DNA of 64,000 bases from Bacteroidales bacterium (GTDB lineage: Bacteria > Bacteroidota > Bacteroidia > Bacteroidales > Marinilabiliaceae): the NCBI GenBank assembly GCA_045118595.1, contig JBGUYH010000044.1:36834-100833 (forward strand). Reading direction: 5' to 3'. Position 1 is the first letter of the stretch. Each line of letters opens with the position of its first letter. The position numbers were made by a program, and so were the translations under genes. This document shows, in pieces, positions 37,379 to 47,309 of the stretch. The notes beneath the pieces were generated by a model. That model made no database searches, was not told the origin of the DNA, and was given only the letters and a program-made list of their open reading frames with translations.

Positions 37379-38521
37379 TTAGAAATCTTTTAGAGTGTAG
37401 AATACCAAATACGGATTATCCTCTACGTCCATTGCTTCGAGTTTTTGGCGGAATTCTTCGCTGACGAATTGATTGCTCTTTAGCCGATCTTTTGTATAAT
37501 ATTTAGGTTCTCCTACCGATACACATTGATTACGATACGTTGTTATAGGAGAATTTACAGATATTTCTGTTTCTACGTTGTAGGATTTGTCGCGCCCACC
37601 TATTGCGTGACCATTACGCTTATTTCGGTAATAAGTACAAGCATAGATTCCCAAGTCTAAGTTTATTATTTGATGATTGTTGGTTTCAAAATATTTACCG
37701 CTATATCTAAAGCCATCTTCTTCTATGGGCTTGGTATAATCTATTATGCCTCTATGCTTTGATTTGTGAGTAGAATAGTCGAGTGCATATTTTGCCGTAA
37801 GTTGATGATTACCATAGTAATATATTGTGTCACAATCGGGCAAACTTATATACATATTGTCACCGATGTGTCCATTATGCAAACTACTATTTCTATCAGA
37901 TGGATGTGGACACATCAAGTGCTTCACGTTCAAATCTTTGTCGGTAACTATTACTGCATAGTTATCTTCAGCATCAAGTTCAGGATTTGGATGCCCGGGA
38001 ATTTTGCCAAATAAGTATTCGTCGGCAGTTACAGAAATACGGTCGGCAGAAAAGCTGCTGGTTTTTGCGTCAATATAATTACCATCTGCATCGAAGATGT
38101 AGACCGATGGATTGCCATAAACCAACAATTGATTAGCATATTTATCAAATGCAAAGTCACTGATGTGAGGCACTTGCCCTGGTTCAGAACCTAATAGCAT
38201 TCGCTTGATAAACTTGCCATTACGATCGAATATTATTAATCCCAAACCTTGATATAAATCACCAATATAAATTCTGTCATCTGTGACTTCGATACTTATG
38301 GGTGTATAGACCAAACTCTCGTCGGTCGTTTCGAGGAATACAATATTCTTTATCGAATCAATAACGTCGTGTTGAGAATATTCTGGTTGCTCAAAGTATT
38401 TATTTAGATCAACAATTTGAGTTTCAGACACTGACACAGGAAGGTGCTGCATTTTTTCATTGTGTGTGCAACTAACTAAAATGCACATCGACATAAAAAG
38501 AAGACTGATTTTCATTTTCAT
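37379..38521 (-). CDS. 6-bladed beta-propeller lipoprotein (BF3164-like family)
   Basis: 380 aa. Lipobox ..CILVSCTH and repeated blades (DDRIYIGD, IIFDRNGKF, VYIFDADGNY). The family name is from memory. Confidence 0.6.
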   Translation of the reverse strand: MKMKISLLFMSMCILVSCTHNEKMQHLPVSVSETQIVDLNKYFEQPEYSQHDVIDSIKNIVFLETTDESLVYTPISIEVTDDRIYIGDLYQGLGLIIFDRNGKFIKRMLLGSEPGQVPHISDFAFDKYANQLLVYGNPSVYIFDADGNYIDAKTSSFSADRISVTADEYLFGKIPGHPNPELDAEDNYAVIVTDKDLNVKHLMCPHPSDRNSSLHNGHIGDNMYISLPDCDTIYYYGNHQLTAKYALDYSTHKSKHRGIIDYTKPIEEDGFRYSGKYFETNNHQIINLDLGIYACTYYRNKRNGHAIGGRDKSYNVETEISVNSPITTYRNQCVSVGEPKYYTKDRLKSNQFVSEEFRQKLEAMDVEDNPYLVFYTLKDF

Positions 38522-38669
38522 AGATTTTTATATAAAATTTCAAGCACGAAGATAATGAAAACCTATTTTTGTATTATAGAAACATCGCCATAAAAAACAA
38601 CTACAAACAAAAAACTGCTCACAATTATTTCTCATTTTACTTAACTATTTGACAAACAATATAATAAAA

Positions 38670-39425
38670 ATGAAAAACATCTTTCTGAACGAAAAAATAG
38701 TATTAGGTGTTATCATATTCAATGCATTAATAATCTTTATGCAAGAGTGTGGCATCGACTGCTTTGAACTCGATGTTACCGACATACTGTGTACCATCTT
38801 CTTCATTGTCGAAGTTGGAGTAAAAATGCATCATTATGGTTGGCGCAACTATTGGCACGAAGGCTGGAATGTTTTTGATTTCATAGTAATACTATTTTCG
38901 TTACCATCGCTATTCCCTATTTGGGACAGTCTTGATGTGATTCAATCGTTCAGAACATTACGCATTTTGAAATTTTTCCGCACATTTCGTTTCTTTCCCG
39001 ATTTTAGCATCATAGCGCAACACTTTTGGGTAGCTATGAAAAAGACCTTTGGCATATTATGCTCATTGCTACTCATGATAATCATTATAGCACTTATTTG
39101 CACCAGCCTTTTCAAAAGCACCGTACCTCAATATTTTGGCACAATATGGGAATCGATATACACCATATTTCGCATGTGCACCATTGAGGGTTGGTATGAA
39201 ATACCCGATGCTATAGCTTTAGCAACCGAACCAATGTGGGGTGCAGTGGCAAAAGTGGCATTCAGTATGTTATTGATATTTGGTGGCATAATTGGTATGT
39301 CGCTCATCAACTCAATATTTGTAGATGAAATGGTATCGGATAACAACGATGACGTAAAGCAACAACTTCGCAACCTAGAGAAGCAACTTGAAATGCTAAA
39401 CGAAAAACTTAACGAGAAAAAGTAG
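38670..39425 (+). CDS. voltage-gated cation channel, single 6-TM domain (BacNav/NaChBac-like)
   Basis: 251 aa from the ATG at 38670. S4 segment FRTLRILKFFRTFRFF has a basic residue at every third position. Pore loop FRMCTIEGWYEIP, and a C-terminal coiled coil QQLRNLEKQLEMLNEKLNEKK. Confidence 0.7.
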   Translation: MKNIFLNEKIVLGVIIFNALIIFMQECGIDCFELDVTDILCTIFFIVEVGVKMHHYGWRNYWHEGWNVFDFIVILFSLPSLFPIWDSLDVIQSFRTLRILKFFRTFRFFPDFSIIAQHFWVAMKKTFGILCSLLLMIIIIALICTSLFKSTVPQYFGTIWESIYTIFRMCTIEGWYEIPDAIALATEPMWGAVAKVAFSMLLIFGGIIGMSLINSIFVDEMVSDNNDDVKQQLRNLEKQLEMLNEKLNEKK

Positions 39426-39436
39426 CCACAAAAAAA

Positions 39437-39464
39437 TAGAGATGTGCTATATGGCACGTCTCTA
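39437..39464. terminator. hairpin between convergent genes (terminator candidate)
   Basis: 11 bp stem TAGAGATGTGC / GCACGTCTCTA. The A7 run on the plus strand gives a T-run for the minus-strand CoA-transferase transcript. Confidence 0.5.
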
Positions 39465-39495
39465 TGCAACCTAACATATATATTTGTTGTGTGCG

Positions 39496-40152
39496 CTATT
39501 TTTGTGCGCAATCTACCATTAATTTACACCCTGTTGCTGCTACTACATCGTCAACTGAGGAGTATGGACTAACCTCTATCAGGTGCAATCCGTCGGCCTC
39601 TACCCTAATCACAGCTTTATCTGTTATAATCAAATCGACAACTCCCACAGCAGTAAGTGGCAATGTGCATTGTTGCAATATCTTAGGCGAACCATCTTTG
39701 GCACAATGCTCCATGGCTATTATCACCTTTTTAGCTCCCACTGTTAGGTCCATTGCACCACCCATACCAGGTACAAATTTACCAGGTATAAGATAGTTAG
39801 CAAGATTTCCTTTCTCGTCAACTTGCAATGCTCCAAGCACAGTTTTGTCGATGTGTCCACCTCTTATCATTGTGAATGACATTGTTGTATCAAAAAAGGC
39901 GCCACCACCAATCACCGTAGCAGCATTGCCACCAGCATCGGTTATGTGTGAATCGGTATCACCAAGCAGTTGCGAGCCACAACCCAATATTCCATTCTCG
40001 GCCTGAATGAATATATGAACGTCATTAGGTACGTAGCGCACAGCCTGCGTAGGTAGTCCTATTCCAAGGGTTATGACTTCACCGTCGGCAAACTCTTGTG
40101 CTACTCGACGTACTATGTATTCTCGTGCTTGTTCTTTGGTTGGAGTTATCAT
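39496..40152 (-). CDS. 3-oxoacid / acetate CoA-transferase subunit B
   Basis: 218 aa. The QAENGILG motif (catalytic-Glu context) and MVKGMGGAMDL-like PGMGGAMDL. Confidence 0.85.
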   Translation of the reverse strand: MITPTKEQAREYIVRRVAQEFADGEVITLGIGLPTQAVRYVPNDVHIFIQAENGILGCGSQLLGDTDSHITDAGGNAATVIGGGAFFDTTMSFTMIRGGHIDKTVLGALQVDEKGNLANYLIPGKFVPGMGGAMDLTVGAKKVIIAMEHCAKDGSPKILQQCTLPLTAVGVVDLIITDKAVIRVEADGLHLIEVSPYSSVDDVVAATGCKLMVDCAQK

Positions 40153-40826
40153 GCTTGTCTTCGTTTCACTATATAATCAACAAAAACCGAAGGTATAACC
40201 ACTTCGTTAGGGTCCATATATCCATCTATAACCTCATCGGCCTCCACAATTACCACATCGGCTGCTGTGGCCATAACAACATTGGTGTTGCGTGTAGTAC
40301 CCACAAACGACACGTTACCAGCTTTGTCAACACGCGAACCATATATGAGTGCCACATCGGCATGCAAAGGTTTTTCGAGAATAAAGTCTTTACCATCAAT
40401 AGTTATAACCTGCTTTCCTTGAGCCACTTCAGTGCCCACACCTGTTGGTGTCAGCACGCCGCCCAAGCCAGCTCCTGCTGCTCTGATGCGCTCGCAAAGC
40501 GTTCCCTGAGGCACAAGTTCTACCTCTATCTCACCAGCCATCATCTGCCTACCCGTCTCTTTGTTGAGCCCGATGTGCGAAGCTATAACTTTACTCACTT
40601 TGTGAGCACTAACAAGCAATCCACGATCGGAGTCGGGATATGAAGTGTCGTTGCCAACCAATGTGAGATTATTTATGTCTGACTGAAGTACTTCATTGAT
40701 TACATCAGTGGGCGAACCGCATTTCAAGAAACCGCCCACAAAAAGTGTCATCCCAGATTCTATTTTCGCACAGGCTTCGTTTGCGCTAATTAGCTTTTTA
40801 ATCATTTGTACCCTTTTTATGCCCAT
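40149..40826 (-). CDS. 3-oxoacid / acetate CoA-transferase subunit A
   Basis: 225 aa. GMTLFVGGF and PQGTLCERIRAAGAGL. ATGA overlap with subunit B. An alternative start is at 40805. Confidence 0.85.
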   Translation of the reverse strand: MGIKRVQMIKKLISANEACAKIESGMTLFVGGFLKCGSPTDVINEVLQSDINNLTLVGNDTSYPDSDRGLLVSAHKVSKVIASHIGLNKETGRQMMAGEIEVELVPQGTLCERIRAAGAGLGGVLTPTGVGTEVAQGKQVITIDGKDFILEKPLHADVALIYGSRVDKAGNVSFVGTTRNTNVVMATAADVVIVEADEVIDGYMDPNEVVIPSVFVDYIVKRRQA

Positions 40827-40842
40827 CTGGCAAAAATTGCCG

Positions 40843-40850
40843 CAAATATA
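40843..40850 (-). promoter_or_regulatory. -7 promoter box TATATTTG for the CoA-transferase operon
   Basis: TAnnTTTG match on the minus strand, 17 nt (or 38 nt) upstream of the candidate starts. Confidence 0.45.
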
Positions 40851-41159
40851 GCAAAAAGGGACATAAAAGCCTTAACAAGGGACGAATCAGGACAAAAATG
40901 GGGTAAAATTAGGCTTATTTCACTTTTTTGTAGAGAATATTACACAACCTCAAATGTGAGGTACAAAACAAAACATCGTCTATTTGTGATAAACAATTAG
41001 ATAAATATATATTTTATTGATAATCAACACAATATAATATATACAATAATAAAGTATTAGTTTAAATAAAAAACTTTATATAGCTATATAACAGACTATT
41101 AATTATAATGTTTCAAGAAACATATATTTTAATCTTTTGTTGAATATATAATAACTATA

Positions 41160-42254
41160 TCACCATACCATCTCTTCGCCAAAATCTATTTCAAGTTGTG
41201 TACCACGCATAGTACTTGGTTCGGTATGTGGATTCGAAACACTTAGACCGAGCAATCGGACAGGATTATTTTCTATATCTACACCGCTGAGCAACTGATT
41301 TGCTATTGGCACAATATCAGTAACCGTAAGCAATGGTCGTGTTGCCGTAAAACTGCGAGTATGTTGCGTAAAGTCGTGATGCTTAGCTTTCAGCGTAAGA
41401 GTTGTTCCTACGAAGTTAGCTCTATTTAGTCGTCGTTCCAATTCAATAGCTATCTGCACCAACTCGGTCTCTGCCTCTTGCTTTTGGGCTATATCATGCA
41501 AAAAAGTCTGCTCACATCCCACCGACTTCCGTTCGCGATAGGTTGTGACCTCACGAGTATCAATGCCACGGGCAAAACCATAGAATACAGCCCCCATTTT
41601 TCCAAAATGCATTGTCAGATACGGCAACGAGCATCGACGCAAGTCGGCACCACTAAAAATGCCCAAGTTGTGCATCAGCTCAGCAGTACGTGGTCCGACG
41701 CCCCATAACTTTTCTACTTGCAATTGTGCAATAAAATCAAGTGCTCGCAACGGATGAATAGTGGTTAGTCCGTTGGGCTTGCGCATATCAGATGCTATTT
41801 TAGCAAGCAATTTACAATACGACACGCCAGCCGAAGCCGTCAGATTGAGTCTGCTCTGTATCTTCTCTTTTATCTCTCGTGCAATATCGACTGCCAGTTC
41901 TATATTTGGTTTATTCTCCGTTACATCGAGAAAAGCCTCATCGAGCGATATGGGTTCAATAATGTCGGTATATTCATGAAATATCTGATGCATTTGTGCC
42001 GATACCTCTTTATATATAGAGTATCGACCCTCAACTACAATGAGTTGCGGACAAAGCCTCTTTGCCATAGCAACTGACATAGCCGAGTGTACTCCCCAGC
42101 GCCGAGCTTCGTAACTAGCAGTTGCCACCACACCACGCGGACCATCGTGCCCCACTGCAATAGGTTTCCCACGCAACACTGCATTATCGCGCTGCTCTAC
42201 CGATGCAAAAAAGGCATCCATATCTATATGTATTATGCGCCGCTGAAGTGCCAT
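41160..42254 (-). CDS. dinB: DNA polymerase IV (Y-family)
   Basis: 365 aa from MALQRRIIHIDMDAFFASVEQRD. SLDEAFLDVT and the GVGP..A hairpin-helix motif. The hydrophobic 31 aa extension in the track is rejected. Confidence 0.88.
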   Translation of the reverse strand: MALQRRIIHIDMDAFFASVEQRDNAVLRGKPIAVGHDGPRGVVATASYEARRWGVHSAMSVAMAKRLCPQLIVVEGRYSIYKEVSAQMHQIFHEYTDIIEPISLDEAFLDVTENKPNIELAVDIAREIKEKIQSRLNLTASAGVSYCKLLAKIASDMRKPNGLTTIHPLRALDFIAQLQVEKLWGVGPRTAELMHNLGIFSGADLRRCSLPYLTMHFGKMGAVFYGFARGIDTREVTTYRERKSVGCEQTFLHDIAQKQEAETELVQIAIELERRLNRANFVGTTLTLKAKHHDFTQHTRSFTATRPLLTVTDIVPIANQLLSGVDIENNPVRLLGLSVSNPHTEPSTMRGTQLEIDFGEEMVW

Positions 42255-42809
42255 AAGGCATATATCTCCCTTATTTATTATTTTTGAATGCAAGATAAAG
42301 AAAAAAGGTGTTGCCAGCATAAATACTGACAACACCTTTACTTTCATGTGAATCTCTTTTTAAGTAAACGATTCTCTGATACTATAATATTTAGGCTTTG
42401 TGACTGTTCTTGACACTACATTGTGATACGAAACACAATATTGCTTTGTTGCTTTTTCATTGTAATAAAGAAAATGAGGATAAAGTGCTCAATATGCGCC
42501 ACATAATGAGTCGTTTTTTGACGTTCCGAACTTCTTAAAATACCATTAGAGGTCGCTATTTTAACATTTTTCACTTTACAAGCAGTATTTCAGCGAATGT
42601 GCAATCGGTTGCGCATATTGCATATAAATAAAAGCAATGAAAATATTGCAAATAATACTTAACGTGAAATACCCAAAATGGCACAAAAACACGCTAATAT
42701 ACCATATGTTGGGTATGTTTTGAGGGTGTTGTTTAACGTCTGTTGGCTGTTCTTACATCTTTTAACCGTAGAGCGTTCTATATTAACAAAATTGCACTAA
42801 AATACCCTC

Positions 42810-42817
42810 TATCTTTG
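42810..42817 (+). promoter_or_regulatory. -7 promoter box TATCTTTG
   Basis: Perfect consensus 80 nt upstream of the ATG at 42897. The leader contains the hairpin TGTCGAA..14 nt..TTCGACA. Confidence 0.5.
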
Positions 42818-42896
42818 CAATGTCGAAAGAAAGAAACAACCTTCGACACGAAACTACTTACTATTTTTAATTAATAACACAAAAAAACGAGAAATT

Positions 42897-43256
42897 ATGA
42901 AATTGATTAATTCACTTAAGACTGTAGCTGCCGTAGCAGCATTGTTCACTGCAGTAGTAGCTAACGCTGAACCAGAAGCAAAAGCAAAGGTTTTCGTTAA
43001 CTCTTATATGAAGCCTAACTACGCCGTTGTTTCGGTTGTTCCACAGAGTGGCGATGCTATCACTAAGATGGAAGTAACTGACGAAACTGGCAACATAGTA
43101 TATGTAACCAAGCGCATTGCAAACGTTAAGTCGGCACAGTACCTTCTCGACATTGCAAAACTTAGCGACGGTGTATACAACGTAAACTTCACTTTCAGCG
43201 ATATGAGCGAAGTTTCGAAAATCTTCGTAGTTGAAAGCAACACAGTTGTAAAATAA
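42897..43256 (+). CDS. small secreted protein, function unknown
   Basis: 119 aa. Signal peptide ..AVVANA|EPE, then a single beta-sandwich-sized domain (..LSDGVYNVNFTF..). Confidence 0.55.
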   Translation: MKLINSLKTVAAVAALFTAVVANAEPEAKAKVFVNSYMKPNYAVVSVVPQSGDAITKMEVTDETGNIVYVTKRIANVKSAQYLLDIAKLSDGVYNVNFTFSDMSEVSKIFVVESNTVVK

Positions 43257-43327
43257 CAACTACGATAGCTAAAGTAAATATAGCAAAAGACTTTTTTCAT
43301 AGACAACGATAGATTGATTGATTCGAG

Positions 43328-43364
43328 AAATCCGGCTGCAGCGATTGCATGCCGGAATTTTTTT
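43328..43364 (+). terminator. rho-independent terminator
   Basis: AAATCCGGC..14 nt..GCCGGAATTT followed by TTTTT. Confidence 0.6.
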
Positions 43365-43690
43365 GCATATCACCTTCTCCATTAATCTGAAAATACCTAT
43401 TCCCTTACTATTTTTTCTCGCAACAGCAATCCATTTCTTATGGTAAAATATATGGCGTATTTTGTCATATAAGAGCATCGATACAATTATCTCCATTATA
43501 AAAACAGAACAATAAAAATAAAGTCTCAAAATAACCCAAAACCATATCAAAGAATAGCACAGCAAAAAAACAACATAGAATAGACATAATATTTGTACTC
43601 ATAGCAACTATGAGTAGTGTATAAGAAACATGTTAAAGCAAAATTAAAATACCAGTTAATTGCAAACATTCAAACTCTCTTCATACACAC

Positions 43691-43727
43691 AAAAAAAACG
43701 GCAGCCACAGAAAAATTGTGACTACCG
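43691..43727 (-). terminator. strand-specific rho-independent terminator of the PUL
   Basis: On the minus-strand RNA, CGGUAGUCACA / UGUGGCUGCCG forms 11 bp (two G-U pairs) followed by U8. On the plus strand the same positions are C-A mismatches. Confidence 0.65.
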
Positions 43728-43756
43728 CCCATCAAAACAAGTATGAATCTATCAAA

Positions 43757-46015
43757 CTATTTTACACTGAATGCTATTGGTGTGCCCGACTGGCTGTCGC
43801 CTGCTACCCAAAGGTCGAAATCGCCAGGTTCCACTACATATTGCATGTCGTAGTTCCAGAAAGCAAGGTCGCTTATAGGCAACTCAAATACCACGTCTTT
43901 GGTTTCGCCAGGCTTAAGCGTTACACGTCCAAATCGTTTGAGCTCTTTTACTGGTCGGGTTACCGAACCAACTTTGTCGCGTACATAGAGCTGTGCTACT
44001 TCTGTGCCCTCAACTGAACCAGTGTTCTTGAGCTTGAACGACACTTTGAGTGTTTCGCTTGTTGTCAAGCTATTCGACGAGAGTGTTATGTCTGAATACT
44101 CAAATGTGGTGTACGAAAGTCCGTAGCCAAATGGGAATAGAGGTTCCCAACCAGCATCTAAGTAATATGAACGACAACCAAGCGATGTTTGTCCGGCTTC
44201 AGGCGGAATGTTGTCTATCATTATCTCATTACCTTCAACAGGTCGACCAGTATTGTTATGCGAATAATAGATAGGAATTTGACCTACATATTTAGGGAAT
44301 GTCATTGGCAATTTGCCCGATGGCACTGCATTGCCCCACAACAAATCGGCAATAGCTGGACCACCCATAGTGCCCGGATGGAAGTTGAACAACACAGCGG
44401 CCGACTCGGCTACCTCGTTGCCAATGGTAAGTGGACGACCAGAGATGACAACCATAACCACAGGTTTACCCGTTTTGGCAAGTTCGGCAATAAGGTCGCT
44501 TTGTGCTCCTTGCAATCCGATGTTGGCCAAGCAGTGTGCTTCGCCCGACAAAATAGACTCTTCGCCTACAAATGCCAATACAACATCGGCTTTGCGTGCT
44601 GCGTTTACAGCTTTTGCTATGCCTGCTTTGTTGTTGTCGCGGCTAAAGGTTAATCCTGGTTCGTATACAATATTCACTTTGTTACCAACAAGTTCTTTGA
44701 TGGCAGCAAGTGGCGTAACAGTGTGATCTTTTTCACCATCGAAAACCCACGTGCCCAATTGATCGTGCTTAGCATCGGCCATTGGACCAACAATAGCTAC
44801 CGACTTAACTTTATCGCTCAGCGGCAAAACGCCATTGTTCTTGAGCAATATGGCAGCTTCGGTTGCAGCTTTCTTTGCCTCCAATAAGTGATTAGCGGCA
44901 TAGAGTTCTTTGTCTGCACGAGCCTCGTCGGTATAAGGATTGTCGAACAAGCCCAAACGGAATTTTACACGCAAAATGTTGCGCACAGCATTGTCGATGT
45001 CGTTCATGCTAACATCGCCGCGCTTGATGGCTTCGGGCAATTGCTTTACAAATGTGTAGCTCACCATCTCCATGTCGACACCCGCATTCACCGATTTTAC
45101 AGCAGCCTCGTAGCTATCGGCACAGAAACCATGATTTATCATTTCGCTCGCCGAAGCCCAGTCGGTAACAACAAAGCCGTCGAACTTCCATTCGTTACGC
45201 AATACATCTTTCAGTATGAACTTATTAGCCGTCGATGGTACGCCATCGTTATCGTTGAACGAAGTCATGAAAGTGGCAGCACCAGCGTCGCTCGATGCTT
45301 TGAACGATGGTAAATAGATGTTGCGCAACTGGCGTTCGGTGATGTATGTCGAGTTGTAATCGCGACCACCTTCAGCAGCACCGTAACCAACAAAGTGCTT
45401 AGCACATGCAGCCATTGCAGTAGGGTCCGACAAGTCGTCGGTCTGATAACCTTTGACCGTAGCCGCGCCCATAACAGATGCCAAGTATGGATCTTCGCCA
45501 TAGCCCTCAGCAAGTCGTCCCCAACGAGGGTCGCGAGCTATGTCGACCATAGGCGAAAATGTCCAACGAATACCTGTTGATGTGGCTTCAACTGCTGCTA
45601 CACGTGCACCATTATAAACCACTGATGTGTCGAATGTTGCAGCCTGACCAATAGGTAAAGGGAAAATGGTTTTGAAGCCGTGGATAACATCGCGCGACAT
45701 AAGTATAGGTATACCAAGTCGTGACTCTTCTACAGCTATTTTTTGTAAAGCATTGACACGCTTTGCATCGGTTTCGTTCAAGATAGAACCAACTTCACCC
45801 TTAGCAATAAGATCGTGCATCTCATCAATATTGCCCGATGATGAAATCTGATTCATCTGACCTATTTTCTCTTCAAGTGTCATTTTGCTTAACAACGACT
45901 CTATGCGTGATTCTATTTCAGCATCGCGACCGTTAGCCTGTTGCGCTTGATGCGTACACGACACGAGAGCCATAAAGCCGCATAGAGCCATTGACATCTT
46001 TGCCAAATTTCTCAT
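43757..46015 (-). CDS. glycoside hydrolase family 3 beta-glucosidase
   Basis: 752 aa. Signal peptide, KIGQM, GFVVTDW (nucleophile Asp context), and a C-terminal FnIII-like domain ending ..AFSVK. Confidence 0.88.
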   Translation of the reverse strand: MRNLAKMSMALCGFMALVSCTHQAQQANGRDAEIESRIESLLSKMTLEEKIGQMNQISSSGNIDEMHDLIAKGEVGSILNETDAKRVNALQKIAVEESRLGIPILMSRDVIHGFKTIFPLPIGQAATFDTSVVYNGARVAAVEATSTGIRWTFSPMVDIARDPRWGRLAEGYGEDPYLASVMGAATVKGYQTDDLSDPTAMAACAKHFVGYGAAEGGRDYNSTYITERQLRNIYLPSFKASSDAGAATFMTSFNDNDGVPSTANKFILKDVLRNEWKFDGFVVTDWASASEMINHGFCADSYEAAVKSVNAGVDMEMVSYTFVKQLPEAIKRGDVSMNDIDNAVRNILRVKFRLGLFDNPYTDEARADKELYAANHLLEAKKAATEAAILLKNNGVLPLSDKVKSVAIVGPMADAKHDQLGTWVFDGEKDHTVTPLAAIKELVGNKVNIVYEPGLTFSRDNNKAGIAKAVNAARKADVVLAFVGEESILSGEAHCLANIGLQGAQSDLIAELAKTGKPVVMVVISGRPLTIGNEVAESAAVLFNFHPGTMGGPAIADLLWGNAVPSGKLPMTFPKYVGQIPIYYSHNNTGRPVEGNEIMIDNIPPEAGQTSLGCRSYYLDAGWEPLFPFGYGLSYTTFEYSDITLSSNSLTTSETLKVSFKLKNTGSVEGTEVAQLYVRDKVGSVTRPVKELKRFGRVTLKPGETKDVVFELPISDLAFWNYDMQYVVEPGDFDLWVAGDSQSGTPIAFSVK

Positions 46016-46033
46016 ATTATTCTTATTACATTT

Positions 46034-47284
46034 TTAGTTATTCTCTTTCAATCTCATAGATGAGATATAATCATCTTGAGCCTTACAGTTTCCAAACTTG
46101 ATGTTATCGGTAAATTGCATCAAAAGTTGTTTTGCCTTATCTTGATTAGGACGTGCTTTGCGCCATTCATTGTAACTATTTCTTGAAGCCTCGGCAAACT
46201 TCACTATCACCGAATCCCACTCCGCTGGGCGTTCTATGCCCAACATGCATGAACTATCTATTTTCTTGTAAGGCCAAAAGGTGTAACCAATGTTGTTTTG
46301 CTTCATCACCTCTACAAATTGAGCTTGCCACTCATTGGTGTTATGACCTATTTCGCCCATATACATAGGCAGGTTCGTCTTGTCGCGAAAACCGATATAC
46401 TCTTTTATAGCTTCGGCTGTCGCTTCGCCACCATACCTATGACATGTATACATTATGTTATTATCGAACTTCCAATCGTCGAACATGAAGAAGAACGAGT
46501 TCCAATTAGCTCCACCAAGCAGTATGACGTGGTTCGGGTCAACCTCGCGTATGGTAGCTACCGCCTTTTTGTATAATGGCTGAAGCAGCGTATAGAGCGT
46601 ATCTTTATTGTCGAAGTAAGGGGCAATAGGCTCATTCATAAGTTCGTAGCCGAGAATTGTCGTTTCGTTTTTATAATGCGAAGCTATTTGTTTCCAAATG
46701 TCGCAAAAAAGTTGTTGCGATTCAAGGCTTTCAAATAACCATGGGTAGCCATAACTATCGTCGATATTGTCGCCAGTTTGCCCGCCCGGACAGTCGTGCA
46801 TATCGAGGATGAGATATAGCCCAAATTCTTTACACCATTTCACTACCTGGTCGATGCGACGGAATCCGTCTTGATTGTTGTGCAAGCCCATATACTCTTC
46901 ATCGGTGAAGAGCTTATAGTGGAATGGCAAGCGAATGGTGTTGGCACCTTGCTGACTGATGAACTCTATGTCGGCGCGAGTGATATAGTTATCTTTGAAC
47001 TTGCTCCAAAATTCGGCAGTGGCGTTAGGTCCAACAAGTTGTTTTAGCATAAGGTCGATCATCCACGGTGAGTTGGTTTTTGAGAAACCAAACATATAGC
47101 CTTCGGGGTTGAGCCAATTGCCGAGATTGGTGCCTTGTATGTATAGTTTTGTTCCATCGGGCTTAATGAGGTTAGGCCCATCAACTCGCACAAAATCGGT
47201 TGATTTGGGTGAAGATGGCTCACATACGCAAGCAACCATCAATGCCATTGTAGCTATATACGTACTTATTTTCCTAATCATCAT
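46034..47284 (-). CDS. glycoside hydrolase family 5 (cellulase-superfamily) enzyme
   Basis: 416 aa. NTIRLPF, the acid/base context GYELMNEP, and a later ..YMGEIG.. nucleophile-like Glu. The subfamily cannot be assigned by eye. Confidence 0.7.
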   Translation of the reverse strand: MMIRKISTYIATMALMVACVCEPSSPKSTDFVRVDGPNLIKPDGTKLYIQGTNLGNWLNPEGYMFGFSKTNSPWMIDLMLKQLVGPNATAEFWSKFKDNYITRADIEFISQQGANTIRLPFHYKLFTDEEYMGLHNNQDGFRRIDQVVKWCKEFGLYLILDMHDCPGGQTGDNIDDSYGYPWLFESLESQQLFCDIWKQIASHYKNETTILGYELMNEPIAPYFDNKDTLYTLLQPLYKKAVATIREVDPNHVILLGGANWNSFFFMFDDWKFDNNIMYTCHRYGGEATAEAIKEYIGFRDKTNLPMYMGEIGHNTNEWQAQFVEVMKQNNIGYTFWPYKKIDSSCMLGIERPAEWDSVIVKFAEASRNSYNEWRKARPNQDKAKQLLMQFTDNIKFGNCKAQDDYISSMRLKENN

Positions 47285-47309
47285 TGTCGTTGTCTATAGT
47301 TTATTCAGA

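Noticed and set aside
16340-40643. Long antisense ORFs inside confirmed genes (for example 16340-16810 +, 19906-20523 +, 20641-21270 +, 30757-31284 +, 33250-33795 -, 40098-40643 +)
   Set aside because: They are shadow frames of strongly supported genes on the opposite strand. They have odd Cys/His/Leu-rich compositions and no promoter boxes.
41076-41091. Perfect 16 bp palindrome TTATATAGCTATATAA downstream of dinB
   Set aside because: It is almost pure AT in a very AT-rich spacer, so it is expected by chance and forms a thermodynamically weak hairpin.
42348-42896. Invertible (phase-variable) promoter upstream of the 119 aa gene
   Set aside because: I found no pair of inverted repeats of 15 bp or more flanking the promoter, and no recombinase gene nearby.
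43269-43565. 98 aa minus-strand ORF in the spacer after the 119 aa gene
   Set aside because: It has a non-ATG start, runs through the plus-strand terminator hairpin, has low-complexity hydrophobic and basic composition, and has no promoter box.
43596-43616. Perfect 9 bp stem TACTCATAG CAA CTATGAGTA
   Set aside because: It has no T-run on either strand and no neighbouring gene to terminate or regulate. It is noted in the spacer finding only.
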